In this document: positions 30,425-39,371 of the stretch, piece after piece
Position numbering within the stretch: the first letter of the stretch is position 1
Layout: each line of letters starts with the position of its first letter
Assembly: GCA_024710525.1 (NCBI GenBank)
Contig: JANJUP010000022.1
Coordinates: 192,001-256,000 of the forward strand
DNA from: Candidatus Rifleibacteriota bacterium
GTDB lineage: Bacteria > Muiribacteriota > Ozemobacteria > Ozemobacterales > Ozemobacteraceae
DNA: 64,000 bases
Direction: 5' to 3'
Program-made: the position numbers and the translations under genes
Notes under the pieces: generated by a model
Seen by the model: the letters and a program-made list of their open reading frames with translations, nothing else
What the model was told of the DNA's origin: nothing
The model's database searches: none

Positions 30425-32146
30425 ATGGCAAAACTGCCCGGCAGCATATATGACCGGCTTTTAATTATATGCATCTCACTGTTTCTGACCATCGTTATCT
30501 GGGGAGCATACATTTTTCGCGTCGAAAAAATGCTGCAGGACGAGAAACAAAGAATGGCAGACGAGGCTAAGACCTCTCTCGATGCTTCTGTGCAGCATAC
30601 CTTGATGTTGTTGAACCAGATCGGCGTTTTTCTGCGCAGTGTAAGAGAATTTTACGGTCATTGCCGTTCGGTTGAACAAACAGAAAGGTTCATCGAGGCC
30701 ATGCAGCTCGACCGGTCGCTTACCCCCAACTTTTTTCTGGTTGACGTCGACGGCAACTTTCTGATTCCACGCAATGGGGCCGGCCAGGGGCCGAATGTCG
30801 CCGACCGCAGTTATTTCAGATATCATCAGCAGAATCCTGGCGACAGCCTTTTTATTTCGGCAGTAGAGATTGGGCGCATTACCGGAAAATTTCACTTTCG
30901 AGTTGCTTTGCGAATCGACAAACCAGACGGGGCCTTCGATGGAGTCGCTCTCGTGACAGTCAGCCCGGAACTTTTTACCCGCTATTTCAAAGAATTGCAG
31001 CTGGGGCCTCAGTTTGTCGCGTCTTTAATCGGAATACACGACAGAAAAATGCGTGCCAGAATTCCGGAACCCGCAAATGACATGTGGGCCACAAGTCTGC
31101 AGAACCCCGAGTGGGAGAAGATAATTTTCGATGCTTCGGCAAGCTTTCAGACCAGAAGCCCGGTTGATCAGATTTATCGAAACTTTGTTTCCAAAAGGGT
31201 TGGTGACTTTCCTCTCGGAATGCTCGTCGGCTTTTCCGACGCGGATGTCATGAACCGGGTTGAAGAGGCAAAAAAATTATTGCAGCTGATTGCAATCATG
31301 CTGACCATTTTCCTTGCTGTCGTTGTAGTCGCGATGCTGGAAAAGGTTAAAGCCAACCAGCTGCTGCTGCAGCGAAACCAGCTGATGCTTGCAGATCTGG
31401 CTGCAGCCGCGAAAATTCAGAGTGCTTTGCTGCCCCGTACCGATTTTCTGAGTCACCGGGTTGATATGCATCTGCGCTTTTTACCCTGTAATCAGGTTGG
31501 CGGTGACATGGTCAACGTAATTCCATTTTCTGAGACCGAAATAGGAGTGTATTGTCTGGATGTGTCTGGTCATGGGATTCCGGCGGCTCTTACCGGAGTG
31601 GCGCTATCGCATATGCTGCGCAGCGACGGAAAAATTGTCAGCCAGATGCGGGATGGCAGCATTGTTCCCAATTCACCGGGCGAAATTATTGCCGGTCTGG
31701 AACGTGAGTTCCCCTTTGAGGAGCTGGGTCAGTATTTAACCATGGTTTTTTTGCTGATGGACCGTGCGAAAAACCAGCTGAAAATAGCTGCTGCCGGTCA
31801 TCCTGCACCATTACTGGTAATGCCGGACGGTCAGGTCGAAGAAATAAAAGTCGGTGGTTTACCGGTTGGCTTTGGTGATGGTGAGGTGCGTGAGGAAATT
31901 GTGATTGAGATTCCGGCCGGTGCGGCTTTGATTATCTATTCAGATGGTATTACCGAGCAGGCGGACTCGAAGGGCAGGCGATTTGGTACCGACAGGCTGA
32001 AAAAATCTCTGGCTGCGCATGCGCGCGATGGAGTTGTGGAAATGGTAGACGCTGTCTGGAACGAGCTTACGGCTTTTCGGGGCAAAGCATTGCGGGATGA
32101 CGACATGAGCCTGCTGGGTGTAAGTTTTCCGATTGAAAAAAAGTAA
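30425..32146 (+). CDS. Membrane sensor PP2C (SpoIIE/RsbU-type) Ser/Thr phosphatase with a periplasmic dCache-like domain
   Basis: The order is TM1, then about 270 aa periplasmic domain with Cache-like signatures (RSYFRYHQQNPGDSLFISAVEIGRITGKFHF), then TM2, a coiled coil and a PPM/SpoIIE domain (CLDVSGHGIPAALTGVAL). I prefer the ATG at 30425 (GGAGAG 8 nt upstream) over the track's ATG at 30305. Confidence 0.75.
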   Translation: MAKLPGSIYDRLLIICISLFLTIVIWGAYIFRVEKMLQDEKQRMADEAKTSLDASVQHTLMLLNQIGVFLRSVREFYGHCRSVEQTERFIEAMQLDRSLTPNFFLVDVDGNFLIPRNGAGQGPNVADRSYFRYHQQNPGDSLFISAVEIGRITGKFHFRVALRIDKPDGAFDGVALVTVSPELFTRYFKELQLGPQFVASLIGIHDRKMRARIPEPANDMWATSLQNPEWEKIIFDASASFQTRSPVDQIYRNFVSKRVGDFPLGMLVGFSDADVMNRVEEAKKLLQLIAIMLTIFLAVVVVAMLEKVKANQLLLQRNQLMLADLAAAAKIQSALLPRTDFLSHRVDMHLRFLPCNQVGGDMVNVIPFSETEIGVYCLDVSGHGIPAALTGVALSHMLRSDGKIVSQMRDGSIVPNSPGEIIAGLEREFPFEELGQYLTMVFLLMDRAKNQLKIAAAGHPAPLLVMPDGQVEEIKVGGLPVGFGDGEVREEIVIEIPAGAALIIYSDGITEQADSKGRRFGTDRLKKSLAAHARDGVVEMVDAVWNELTAFRGKALRDDDMSLLGVSFPIEKK

Positions 32147-32181
32147 AAACCGAGAGTTGATCGGCGCTTTCGAGAAAACCG

Positions 32182-33642
32182 TTACGACTGGTAATGGCGG
32201 CGTAATATAGCGAGAAATTCGGAGTCGAGACCAAGGATCGTGGCAATGTGCATCGCATCTTTTGGTACCTGATAGTCATCGTTGATTTTCAGCAGCCGGT
32301 AATCCATTTTTTCACACAGTTTTTGTAGAAGTGTCTCGCGGTCGGTATGTTCTTCAATAGTGTTTTTGTCTTTAAGGCCGATTACCTGATAATAAGCTGC
32401 CCCCTCGATTCTTATGCCATCGAAGTGTGTGGCAATAATTCCGTATGACCCGCTTTGCTGCAGAAACTCGCCGAGGGCCTGCACAAACCTGCTGCCCTCA
32501 GAGGGGTTCGTCGATCTGGCGAATTCGTCACAGACGGCAAGCCCGATTCCCTGACGGGTCAGGGCGGTCAGTTCGCTGAGTCTGATTATTTCAGCGCCGA
32601 AACTGCTCAGACCCGATGCCTGGTTCTGGCCATCGCCGGCGATCAGGCAGATAAAGTCAAACAGCGGCATGCAGAAGCGGCGCGCAAAAACGAAAAAGCC
32701 AAGGGTCGCCAGCTCGGCATTCATGGCCAGGGTCAGCAGAGCTACAGATTTGCCGCCCATGTTGGCTCCGGTCAGTAGTGTCGTGCCCGGACTCAGCTCG
32801 ATCGATACCGGCGTGAACTGTTTGCCACGACTGGCAAGAATTGCCTCTACTTCAGGGTTTATCATCTCTTCTGCCCGCAACGGCACTTTTTCGGCGGCGG
32901 CGAACACTTCCGGGCAGGTGCAGTTAAATTGGCAGGCCAGGCGGGTTTTGGCGAGCAGCAGTTCAAAACGTCCGGCAGCCAGACCGTTATGCCGCATTCT
33001 TGTGACCCATTCGAGCAGCTGTCTGCCGAGATTTTCTCTGACCAGGTGCTCTTCAGCCTTTTCTGACTGAACCAGGCGCGCCCGCTGATCGCGCAGTTCA
33101 TCGCGCTTCTGCTGGTCAGTACACTGCAATATGCAATTTTCGAGCTGAATTTTTTCGGCTCTGATCTCTTTGAGCTTCTGCGAATAGGCCTCGTGTACGT
33201 GAAACGAAGTGACTACTGTGCGGTCAGGATTGAGAATTTTGATAACCGGTTCGATGTCGCTGAACGAAACTGATGGCAGCTGCAGACCAGATCGCTCATA
33301 CCAGTTTTTCAGGCTGGTGAGCAGCATCGCAAAACCTTTGATTTCGAGCAGCTCCGTTTCGTCGGGTACCTGTCCGGCTTCGAGATTGTCGAGCGAGCCG
33401 TTGATGTAACGCAGGCACTTAAAAATACTGCCGGCCTGATCAAAAAAACTTTTATCGTTCCGGGCAGCAGTAACCATGATTTCAAGTTCAGCAAGGCTCT
33501 GGCGCAACTGTTCCAGCTGATCAGATTTTGCCGGTCGCAGGTTTTTAAGAGCTTCGCGGCCGTAGAGCGATTCTATCTGCAGCTCAGAAAGCAGCCAGGC
33601 AACCCCGGGGGTGCTGGCGCGGTATTTTTTCTGTCTATGCAT
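32182..33642 (-). CDS. MutS domain-V-like ABC ATPase (MutS2-related; no Smr domain seen)
   Basis: A MutS-type Walker A motif (TGANMGGKS) is present. I chose the ATG at 33642 (AGAAAGG upstream, 2 nt after the upstream stop); the track's start at 33747 would overlap the upstream gene by 113 nt. Confidence 0.65.
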   Translation of the reverse strand: MHRQKKYRASTPGVAWLLSELQIESLYGREALKNLRPAKSDQLEQLRQSLAELEIMVTAARNDKSFFDQAGSIFKCLRYINGSLDNLEAGQVPDETELLEIKGFAMLLTSLKNWYERSGLQLPSVSFSDIEPVIKILNPDRTVVTSFHVHEAYSQKLKEIRAEKIQLENCILQCTDQQKRDELRDQRARLVQSEKAEEHLVRENLGRQLLEWVTRMRHNGLAAGRFELLLAKTRLACQFNCTCPEVFAAAEKVPLRAEEMINPEVEAILASRGKQFTPVSIELSPGTTLLTGANMGGKSVALLTLAMNAELATLGFFVFARRFCMPLFDFICLIAGDGQNQASGLSSFGAEIIRLSELTALTRQGIGLAVCDEFARSTNPSEGSRFVQALGEFLQQSGSYGIIATHFDGIRIEGAAYYQVIGLKDKNTIEEHTDRETLLQKLCEKMDYRLLKINDDYQVPKDAMHIATILGLDSEFLAILRRHYQS

Positions 33643-34687
33643 GCTGGGGCGCCTTTCTGCCGAATGTTTGATTCTGTGCAGCACACACATCGAAAATCGG
33701 CAGGTTGATTTTTTCAGACAGGTTCCGGCAGAGCTCTGCACCGTCAAGCTTCAGGCCTGATGGTGCGGTCGGATTGACCGTCACCGCTATCAGATTGACC
33801 TGGCGTCTGACCGCCAGTCTGGCACCACGGTCGATCAGGTCACATTTCTGGCGGCTGTTGATGAGATATCTGGTGCCGTCTTCGGCGACAAGCTGCAGCC
33901 ATTCGAGCCGTCGGCACTTATCGAGCAGTCGCTGCAGCATTGGCCTGGTTACGGCGCCGTTGAACAAAGCCGTGGTTGGTTGCCCGCTGCGGCCGGCGAT
34001 CTGGTCGGCACATTCGTCGCTGAGCGCGCTGACCCTGCCGCAGATGTTACCGTCCTGGTCGAGAAGAATACAATTGTTGGCATCTTCACTTTTGCACGTA
34101 AAAGCTGCATCTGACTTGAATTCTGGCAGAGTGAGAAGTCCGGTGTAATGGCGGGTCTGCTCGACAATATCATCGGAGTTTGGCGAAAATGCTGCCCCGG
34201 TTGCCAGTATGCAGGCCTCTGAACTGGCGATTGCCGCAGTAGACTTGCGGGCGGCGGCGCCGTCGACGAGAACCTGTGTGGCGCCAAGTTCGTGCAGCAT
34301 ACTGATCAATGCCGACATCTGCGCCGTGGTAGAGGGTCCGGCGATCTGGGCAAAACCATCGCTGCGGGCTCTGGTGATAACGACCTCGCCCATCGGTGTG
34401 TTAAAGCCGGTAAAACGCAGAAGCTCACGGGTAAAATCACATTGCCCGAGAAGACTGCTGGCTGTGGCAACCATTGTGCCACAGCCAACATATATCGACG
34501 GTTTGTCAGTTCCGGTCACCTGATCGGTATCTTCACCATCGTAGCCGATCGAGGTGATCGCCTGAACCACGGGCGGTCTGCTGCTGAGAAGATGGTTGAG
34601 CACCGTTGTTTTGCCGGCATTTTTTTCCATGCCGATGATGGCAACGCAGCTGTAACCTTCGATCAGTTCAGCAAGTGACCTGCCCAT
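33635..34687 (-). CDS. P-loop NTPase of unknown function, embedded in the lysine fermentation cluster
   Basis: Walker A motif IIGMEKNAGKTT. 350 aa. Its start lies 3 nt after the kamA stop. I recognise no family. Confidence 0.5.
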   Translation of the reverse strand: MGRSLAELIEGYSCVAIIGMEKNAGKTTVLNHLLSSRPPVVQAITSIGYDGEDTDQVTGTDKPSIYVGCGTMVATASSLLGQCDFTRELLRFTGFNTPMGEVVITRARSDGFAQIAGPSTTAQMSALISMLHELGATQVLVDGAAARKSTAAIASSEACILATGAAFSPNSDDIVEQTRHYTGLLTLPEFKSDAAFTCKSEDANNCILLDQDGNICGRVSALSDECADQIAGRSGQPTTALFNGAVTRPMLQRLLDKCRRLEWLQLVAEDGTRYLINSRQKCDLIDRGARLAVRRQVNLIAVTVNPTAPSGLKLDGAELCRNLSEKINLPIFDVCAAQNQTFGRKAPQHA

Positions 34688-34690
34688 TGT

Positions 34691-35962
34691 TCATGATCTT
34701 TTTTTGCGTTTTTTGCGCTTCAAACCTTCGGGTTCGAGCGAAATTTTGCCCTGATGCAGGCCGGCAACGCCTTCGATTTCGACGTCGCCCTTCTGGCAGG
34801 CATCACATTTGCAGCTCGGTTTGTAACCCTCGGGTTCGTTATAGCAGGTGATGACACCTTCATAATTGCGCAGAATCGTCTTCTCGTAGCCGCTCGAAAT
34901 CAGGTAATTCGGCATTACCGGAATCTTGCCGCCACCACCCGGTGCGTCAACCACGTAAGTCGGCACGCAGAAACCGCTGGTATGGCCGCGCAGACCTTCG
35001 ATTATCTCGATGCCCTTGGCTACCGGGGTTCTGAAGTGTGACAGCCCGTAAGAAAGGTCGCACTGATAGATGTAATAAGGTCTTACTCTGACTTTGACCA
35101 GCTCATGCACCAGCTTGCGCATTACATGAACGCAGTCGTTGACACCGGCCAGCAGAACCGACTGGTTCCCGATCGGAATTCCGGCATAACTCAGCAGTTC
35201 GCAGGCTTTGGCGGCGTCGGTGGTGATTTCTTTCGGATGGTTGTAGTGGGTGTTGACCCAGATCGGGTGATACTTCTTGAGCATATCGCAGAGCTCGGGC
35301 GTAATGCGCTGAGGCAGAACGACCGGGGTGCGGGTGCCGATTCTGATGATTTCGACGTGCGGAATGGCGCGCAGTTTCTGCAGAATGCCTTCGAGTTTAT
35401 TGTCTGCCAGCAGCAGCGGGTCGCCGCCCGAGACGACGACGTCGCGAATCTGCGGATTGGCTGCAATATACTCAATGGCCTTGTCGATGTGGCTGCTGGG
35501 CATTGCCGTGTCTTTCTGACCGGCAAAGCGTCTGCGGGTGCAGTGGCGGCAATACATCGAGCACTGGTCGGTGACCAGAAGCAGGGCGCGGTCAGGGTAG
35601 CGGTGGGTCAGTCCGTGAACTGGCGAATCGCCGTCTTCGTGCAGCGGGTCTTCGAGATCGGCCGGCGAACGATAAAGTTCGAGGTCGGTCGGAATAGCCT
35701 GCTTGCGCACCGGATCATTGGGGTTGTCCGGATCGATGAGGGTCAGATAATACGGCGTAATCGCCATGCGCAGGGTTGTCAGACAGTCTTTGACGCCGTC
35801 GACTTCCATTTCGGTCAGCTTAACGTATTTTCTGAGATCGTCGATGGTTTCGATACGGTTGCGGACATGCCATTTCCAGTCGTTCCAGTCGGTGTCGCTG
35901 ACGTTCGGAAACAGCTTTGCCCGTCGCTGAATGTGCTCATCACGAGTGTAACTGCTGTTCAA
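34691..35962 (-). CDS. kamA: L-lysine 2,3-aminomutase (radical SAM)
   Basis: Very close to characterised KamA sequences (SDTDWNDWKWHVRNRIET; CSMYCRHCTRRRFAGQ radical-SAM Cys triad; HVEIIRIGTRTPVVLPQRITPEL; PYYIYQCDLS; VVDAPGGGGK). TTG start at 35962 with GGAAAGGA upstream. Confidence 0.95.
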   Translation of the reverse strand: MNSSYTRDEHIQRRAKLFPNVSDTDWNDWKWHVRNRIETIDDLRKYVKLTEMEVDGVKDCLTTLRMAITPYYLTLIDPDNPNDPVRKQAIPTDLELYRSPADLEDPLHEDGDSPVHGLTHRYPDRALLLVTDQCSMYCRHCTRRRFAGQKDTAMPSSHIDKAIEYIAANPQIRDVVVSGGDPLLLADNKLEGILQKLRAIPHVEIIRIGTRTPVVLPQRITPELCDMLKKYHPIWVNTHYNHPKEITTDAAKACELLSYAGIPIGNQSVLLAGVNDCVHVMRKLVHELVKVRVRPYYIYQCDLSYGLSHFRTPVAKGIEIIEGLRGHTSGFCVPTYVVDAPGGGGKIPVMPNYLISSGYEKTILRNYEGVITCYNEPEGYKPSCKCDACQKGDVEIEGVAGLHQGKISLEPEGLKRKKRKKRS

Positions 35963-36003
35963 TTACTGATTCCTTTCCCTGTTGGGGCACTTTGTGAGGT
36001 GTC

Positions 36004-37047
36004 TCAGCAGTACATTTCTTCGAAAAGTTTGCGGAGTGCCGGGCTTTCGCGCAGAACCTGCAGCGAAATGGCGGCGTGGTCTTTGCAGTAGCCATTACCG
36101 ATGATCATGTTAACGTCTTTGCCAACGCCTTCAGCGCCAAGAGCAGCCTGAGTGAAGCTGGTGGCCATGCTGAAGAAATAAACGGTGCCGCCTTCTCTGC
36201 AGGAGAGAATGCTTGCCATTTCGGTGTTGGGGATGTTAACGCAGTTGATTACCAGGTCAGCGAGCTTGCTATCGGTAAGAGCGCTGATTTTGTTGTAGAT
36301 GCTGATTGCATCAGTGGCGTCAGCGGCGAAATATTCGTCGGCGAGACCGAGCTGGCGGGCGCGTTCGGTGCTCTTTTCTGAGCCGCCGATGCAGATTACC
36401 TTGCCGGTGATGCCGGCGCGTTTTTTCGCTTCATACAGGCAGAGAAGACCTGATTTTCCGCCGCCGCCGATTACAACGACGATGTCGCCGGGGCGAACGA
36501 GCTTGGCAGCCTGAGCAGGGGCACCGGCCACGTCGAGAACCGAGAGGGCGAGGGTTTCGGGCATATCATTCGGCAGAACGGCATAGATGCCGCTTTCAAA
36601 CAGAATTGCCTGGCCCTTGATGTCGACCTGGTCGATGTCGGGTCTTACTTCGAGAATTTTTTCGATTTTGAGCGGGGTGAGAGAGAGAGAGACGAGAGTG
36701 GCGATCTTGTCGCCGACTTTCAGCGGGGTTTTCCCTTTGAGGGCCGGGCCGATTTCTTTAACGGTGCCGATCAGCATCCCGCCTGAACCGGTAACCGGGT
36801 TTTTGTGCTTGCCCTGCTTTTCAACGAGGCCCATCATGATTTTCTTGATCTCTTCGATATCATGGTTGGCCTGTTTTTCGATCTGGGTGAAACTGGCTGA
36901 GTCGACATTGAGAGTCCTGACGTCGATCAGAATCTCGTTGTCATAAATCTCCATGGTGTTGTCGATTCTGAGTGCCGGCTGCGGCAGAACGCCTTTGGGC
37001 TCGATAACACGGTGGGTTCCATAGGGGCATCCTTTTTTCACAGTCAT
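36004..37047 (-). CDS. kdd: L-erythro-3,5-diaminohexanoate dehydrogenase
   Basis: 347 aa. It is an NAD(P)-binding Rossmann protein (VVVIGGGGKSGL). Its N-terminal region resembles Kdd. It sits between kamA and the CoA transferase genes. AGGAGA RBS. Confidence 0.85.
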   Translation of the reverse strand: MTVKKGCPYGTHRVIEPKGVLPQPALRIDNTMEIYDNEILIDVRTLNVDSASFTQIEKQANHDIEEIKKIMMGLVEKQGKHKNPVTGSGGMLIGTVKEIGPALKGKTPLKVGDKIATLVSLSLTPLKIEKILEVRPDIDQVDIKGQAILFESGIYAVLPNDMPETLALSVLDVAGAPAQAAKLVRPGDIVVVIGGGGKSGLLCLYEAKKRAGITGKVICIGGSEKSTERARQLGLADEYFAADATDAISIYNKISALTDSKLADLVINCVNIPNTEMASILSCREGGTVYFFSMATSFTQAALGAEGVGKDVNMIIGNGYCKDHAAISLQVLRESPALRKLFEEMYC

Positions 37048-37164
37048 TTCTCCTTGCGTATGTTGATTTTATGAAGACTTTGCTATGTACAAAACAGAAC
37101 CTTGCTCAGCTATGATAGCAGCAAATATTCAACTTACCAACCGGGAATTTTTCAACCCCCGGGC

Positions 37165-37830
37165 TTAAACTTCCATCGTTTTCAGATTATCTGAAACTAT
37201 GAAATCGGCTTCAGTGTTTGCGCGTATTTCGTCGATGGTCGTGTCTTTATTGATCTCGATCAGAGCGAGGCCACCCGGGGTGACCCTGAAAACGCCAAGT
37301 TCGGTTACGATCATGTTGACAACGTGGCGTGCCGTCAGCGGCAGGCGGCATTTTTTGAGAATCTTCGGCTTGCCGCGCTCGGTGTGCAGTGTCGAAACGA
37401 TGACGTTTTTAGCGCCGACGACGAGGTCCATCGCGCCGCCCATTCCAGGAACCTTCTTGCCCGGGATGATCCAGCTGGCGAGGCTGCCTTCCTGGTCGAC
37501 TTCGAGGGCGCCAAGAACCGTGTATTCAACGTGCTTGCCGCGAATCAGGGCGAACGACATGGCGCTGTCGAAATAGCAGCCGTGTGGCAGAATCGTGACC
37601 ATGGCGCCGCCGGCATTGGTGAGTTCCGGGTTTTCTTTGCCCGGTTCGGGGGCGGGGCCCATGCCGATCATGCCGTTTTCAGACTGGAGAATGACATTGA
37701 CGCCCTGTGGGATATGATTGGCAACCATGGTCGGCAGGCCGATACCCAGGTTAACCAGCTGATTGTTCTTGAATTCGCGGGCGATGCGCTTCGCGATAAT
37801 GTTTTTGGCCAGTTCGATATCTTCGATCAT
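37165..37830 (-). CDS. 3-oxoacid CoA-transferase, B subunit
   Basis: 221 aa. It has the typical AtoA/ScoB N-terminus ([23 protein letters not shown]) and glutamate active-site region (ENGMIGMGP). Confidence 0.85.
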   Translation of the reverse strand: MIEDIELAKNIIAKRIAREFKNNQLVNLGIGLPTMVANHIPQGVNVILQSENGMIGMGPAPEPGKENPELTNAGGAMVTILPHGCYFDSAMSFALIRGKHVEYTVLGALEVDQEGSLASWIIPGKKVPGMGGAMDLVVGAKNVIVSTLHTERGKPKILKKCRLPLTARHVVNMIVTELGVFRVTPGGLALIEINKDTTIDEIRANTEADFIVSDNLKTMEV

Positions 37831-37848
37831 CTTGTTGCTCCTTGCCCG

Positions 37849-38508
37849 TCAGCGTTTTTCGGATTTGAAAATATGGGTGACCAGCGGGCCCGGGGTCATT
37901 ACCAGTTCGGGCATCAGTTCGCCTGGTTCAACCAGTTTTTCGGCTTCAACCACGACAACGCCGGCAGCCATAGCCATCAGCGGGTTGAAGTTGCGGGTAG
38001 TTGCGTTGTAAACGACGTTGCCGGCCTTGTCGACACTGCTGCCGTTGATAATGGCCAGGTCAGCGCGCAACGGCAGTTCGAGCAGATACTCGTGGCCGTC
38101 GACGGTGATTTTCTGCTTGCCCTCTTCAACGACGGTGCCGACACCAGTTGGGGTCAGCACGCCGCCGAGCCCGGCACCGGCGCATCTGATGCGTTCAGCC
38201 AGAGTGCCCTGCGGAACCAGTTCGACGTTGAGGGTGCCTTCGACCATCTGTTTGCCGGTCTCAGGGTTGGTGCCGATATGTGAAGTGATGACCTTTGCCG
38301 CCTGCTTGGCGGCAACCAGGCGGCCAACGCCGCGGTCGACGAACGAGGTGTCGTTGCAGATAAGAGTAAGGTTTTTGGCACCGCTGGCGAGAATGAGGTC
38401 GATCAGCGTTTCGGGGGTGCCGCAACCAAGAAAACCGCCAACCATGATGACCATGCCGTCTTTGATCAGGCTGGTAAAGTCATTTTTGTTGATAATCTTG
38501 TCAAACAT
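37849..38508 (-). CDS. 3-oxoacid CoA-transferase, A subunit
   Basis: 219 aa, AtoD/ScoA-like (DGMVIMVGGFLGCGTPETL). It lies directly upstream of the B subunit. Confidence 0.85.
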   Translation of the reverse strand: MFDKIINKNDFTSLIKDGMVIMVGGFLGCGTPETLIDLILASGAKNLTLICNDTSFVDRGVGRLVAAKQAAKVITSHIGTNPETGKQMVEGTLNVELVPQGTLAERIRCAGAGLGGVLTPTGVGTVVEEGKQKITVDGHEYLLELPLRADLAIINGSSVDKAGNVVYNATTRNFNPLMAMAAGVVVVEAEKLVEPGELMPELVMTPGPLVTHIFKSEKR

Positions 38509-38535
38509 CAGTTGAGCCTTTCCTTATTATTTTAC

Positions 38536-39360
38536 TCAGCGGGGCTTGAGACCGAGAATGGCGCGGGCTTCGTCGGGGGTGGCGATTTCACGGCCGAGTT
38601 CTTTGGCGATGCGCACCGCTTTGGCGACCAGTTCGCCGTTAGAAGTGGCGAGAACACCTTTCGACAGGTAGGTGTTGTCTTCAAAACCAACCCTGACGTG
38701 GCCGCCAAGCAGAATGGCGGTAGTGGCCATCTGGAACTGCGATCTGCCGATACCGGAAACGGTAAAGGTACTGCCGGCCGGAATACTGCCCTGCATGTAA
38801 ACCACGTCGCGAACACTGGCGCTGATACCGCCGGTAACGCCCATAACGAAGTTAAAATGCATCGGCGACGCGATAAAGCCTTTTTTCTGTAGTCTGATCG
38901 CCGTGTCGATCATGCCCTTGTCGAATACTTCGACTTCGGGTTTGACGCCGAGTTCGAGCATTTTTTTGCCGAAGGCGATGATCGTGTTTTCGGAATTGAC
39001 GAAGATATCGTCGTTGCCGAAATTCACGGTGCCGCAGTCGAGAGTCGCCATTTCAGGCTTCAGATCGACCGGCTGCAGGCGTTCTTCGTTCGACATGCCG
39101 ACGGCGCCGCCGGTCGAAGGCTGAATGATGGCCTTCGGGCAGCGTTCCTGAATGGCATTGATCGCGGCACGAAAGCGCTCACGACTCTGGGTCGGAGTGC
39201 CGTTGTCTTCGCGCACATGCAGATGAATGATCGATGCGCCAGCGTTAACTGCCGATTCGGCTTCACGCACCAGTTCGGCGATTGTATAAGGTACCGCCGG
39301 GTTATTTTCTTTGGTTACTTCAGCGCCGCAGATGGCGGCAGTAATGATGAGTTTTTCCAT
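38536..39360 (-). CDS. kce: 3-keto-5-aminohexanoate cleavage enzyme (BKACE / DUF849 family)
   Basis: 274 aa. It belongs to the BKACE TIM-barrel family (IITAAICGAEVTKENNPAVPYT...ASIIHLHVRED), and its lysine-fermentation context fits kce. Confidence 0.85.
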   Translation of the reverse strand: MEKLIITAAICGAEVTKENNPAVPYTIAELVREAESAVNAGASIIHLHVREDNGTPTQSRERFRAAINAIQERCPKAIIQPSTGGAVGMSNEERLQPVDLKPEMATLDCGTVNFGNDDIFVNSENTIIAFGKKMLELGVKPEVEVFDKGMIDTAIRLQKKGFIASPMHFNFVMGVTGGISASVRDVVYMQGSIPAGSTFTVSGIGRSQFQMATTAILLGGHVRVGFEDNTYLSKGVLATSNGELVAKAVRIAKELGREIATPDEARAILGLKPR

Positions 39361-39371
39361 GTTTCCCTGCC

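Noticed and set aside
33643-33747. Long N-terminal extension of the MutS-like ORF
   Set aside because: It would overlap the upstream P-loop gene by 113 nt. The in-frame ATG at 33642 with AGAAAGG upstream gives a 2-nt intergenic spacer.
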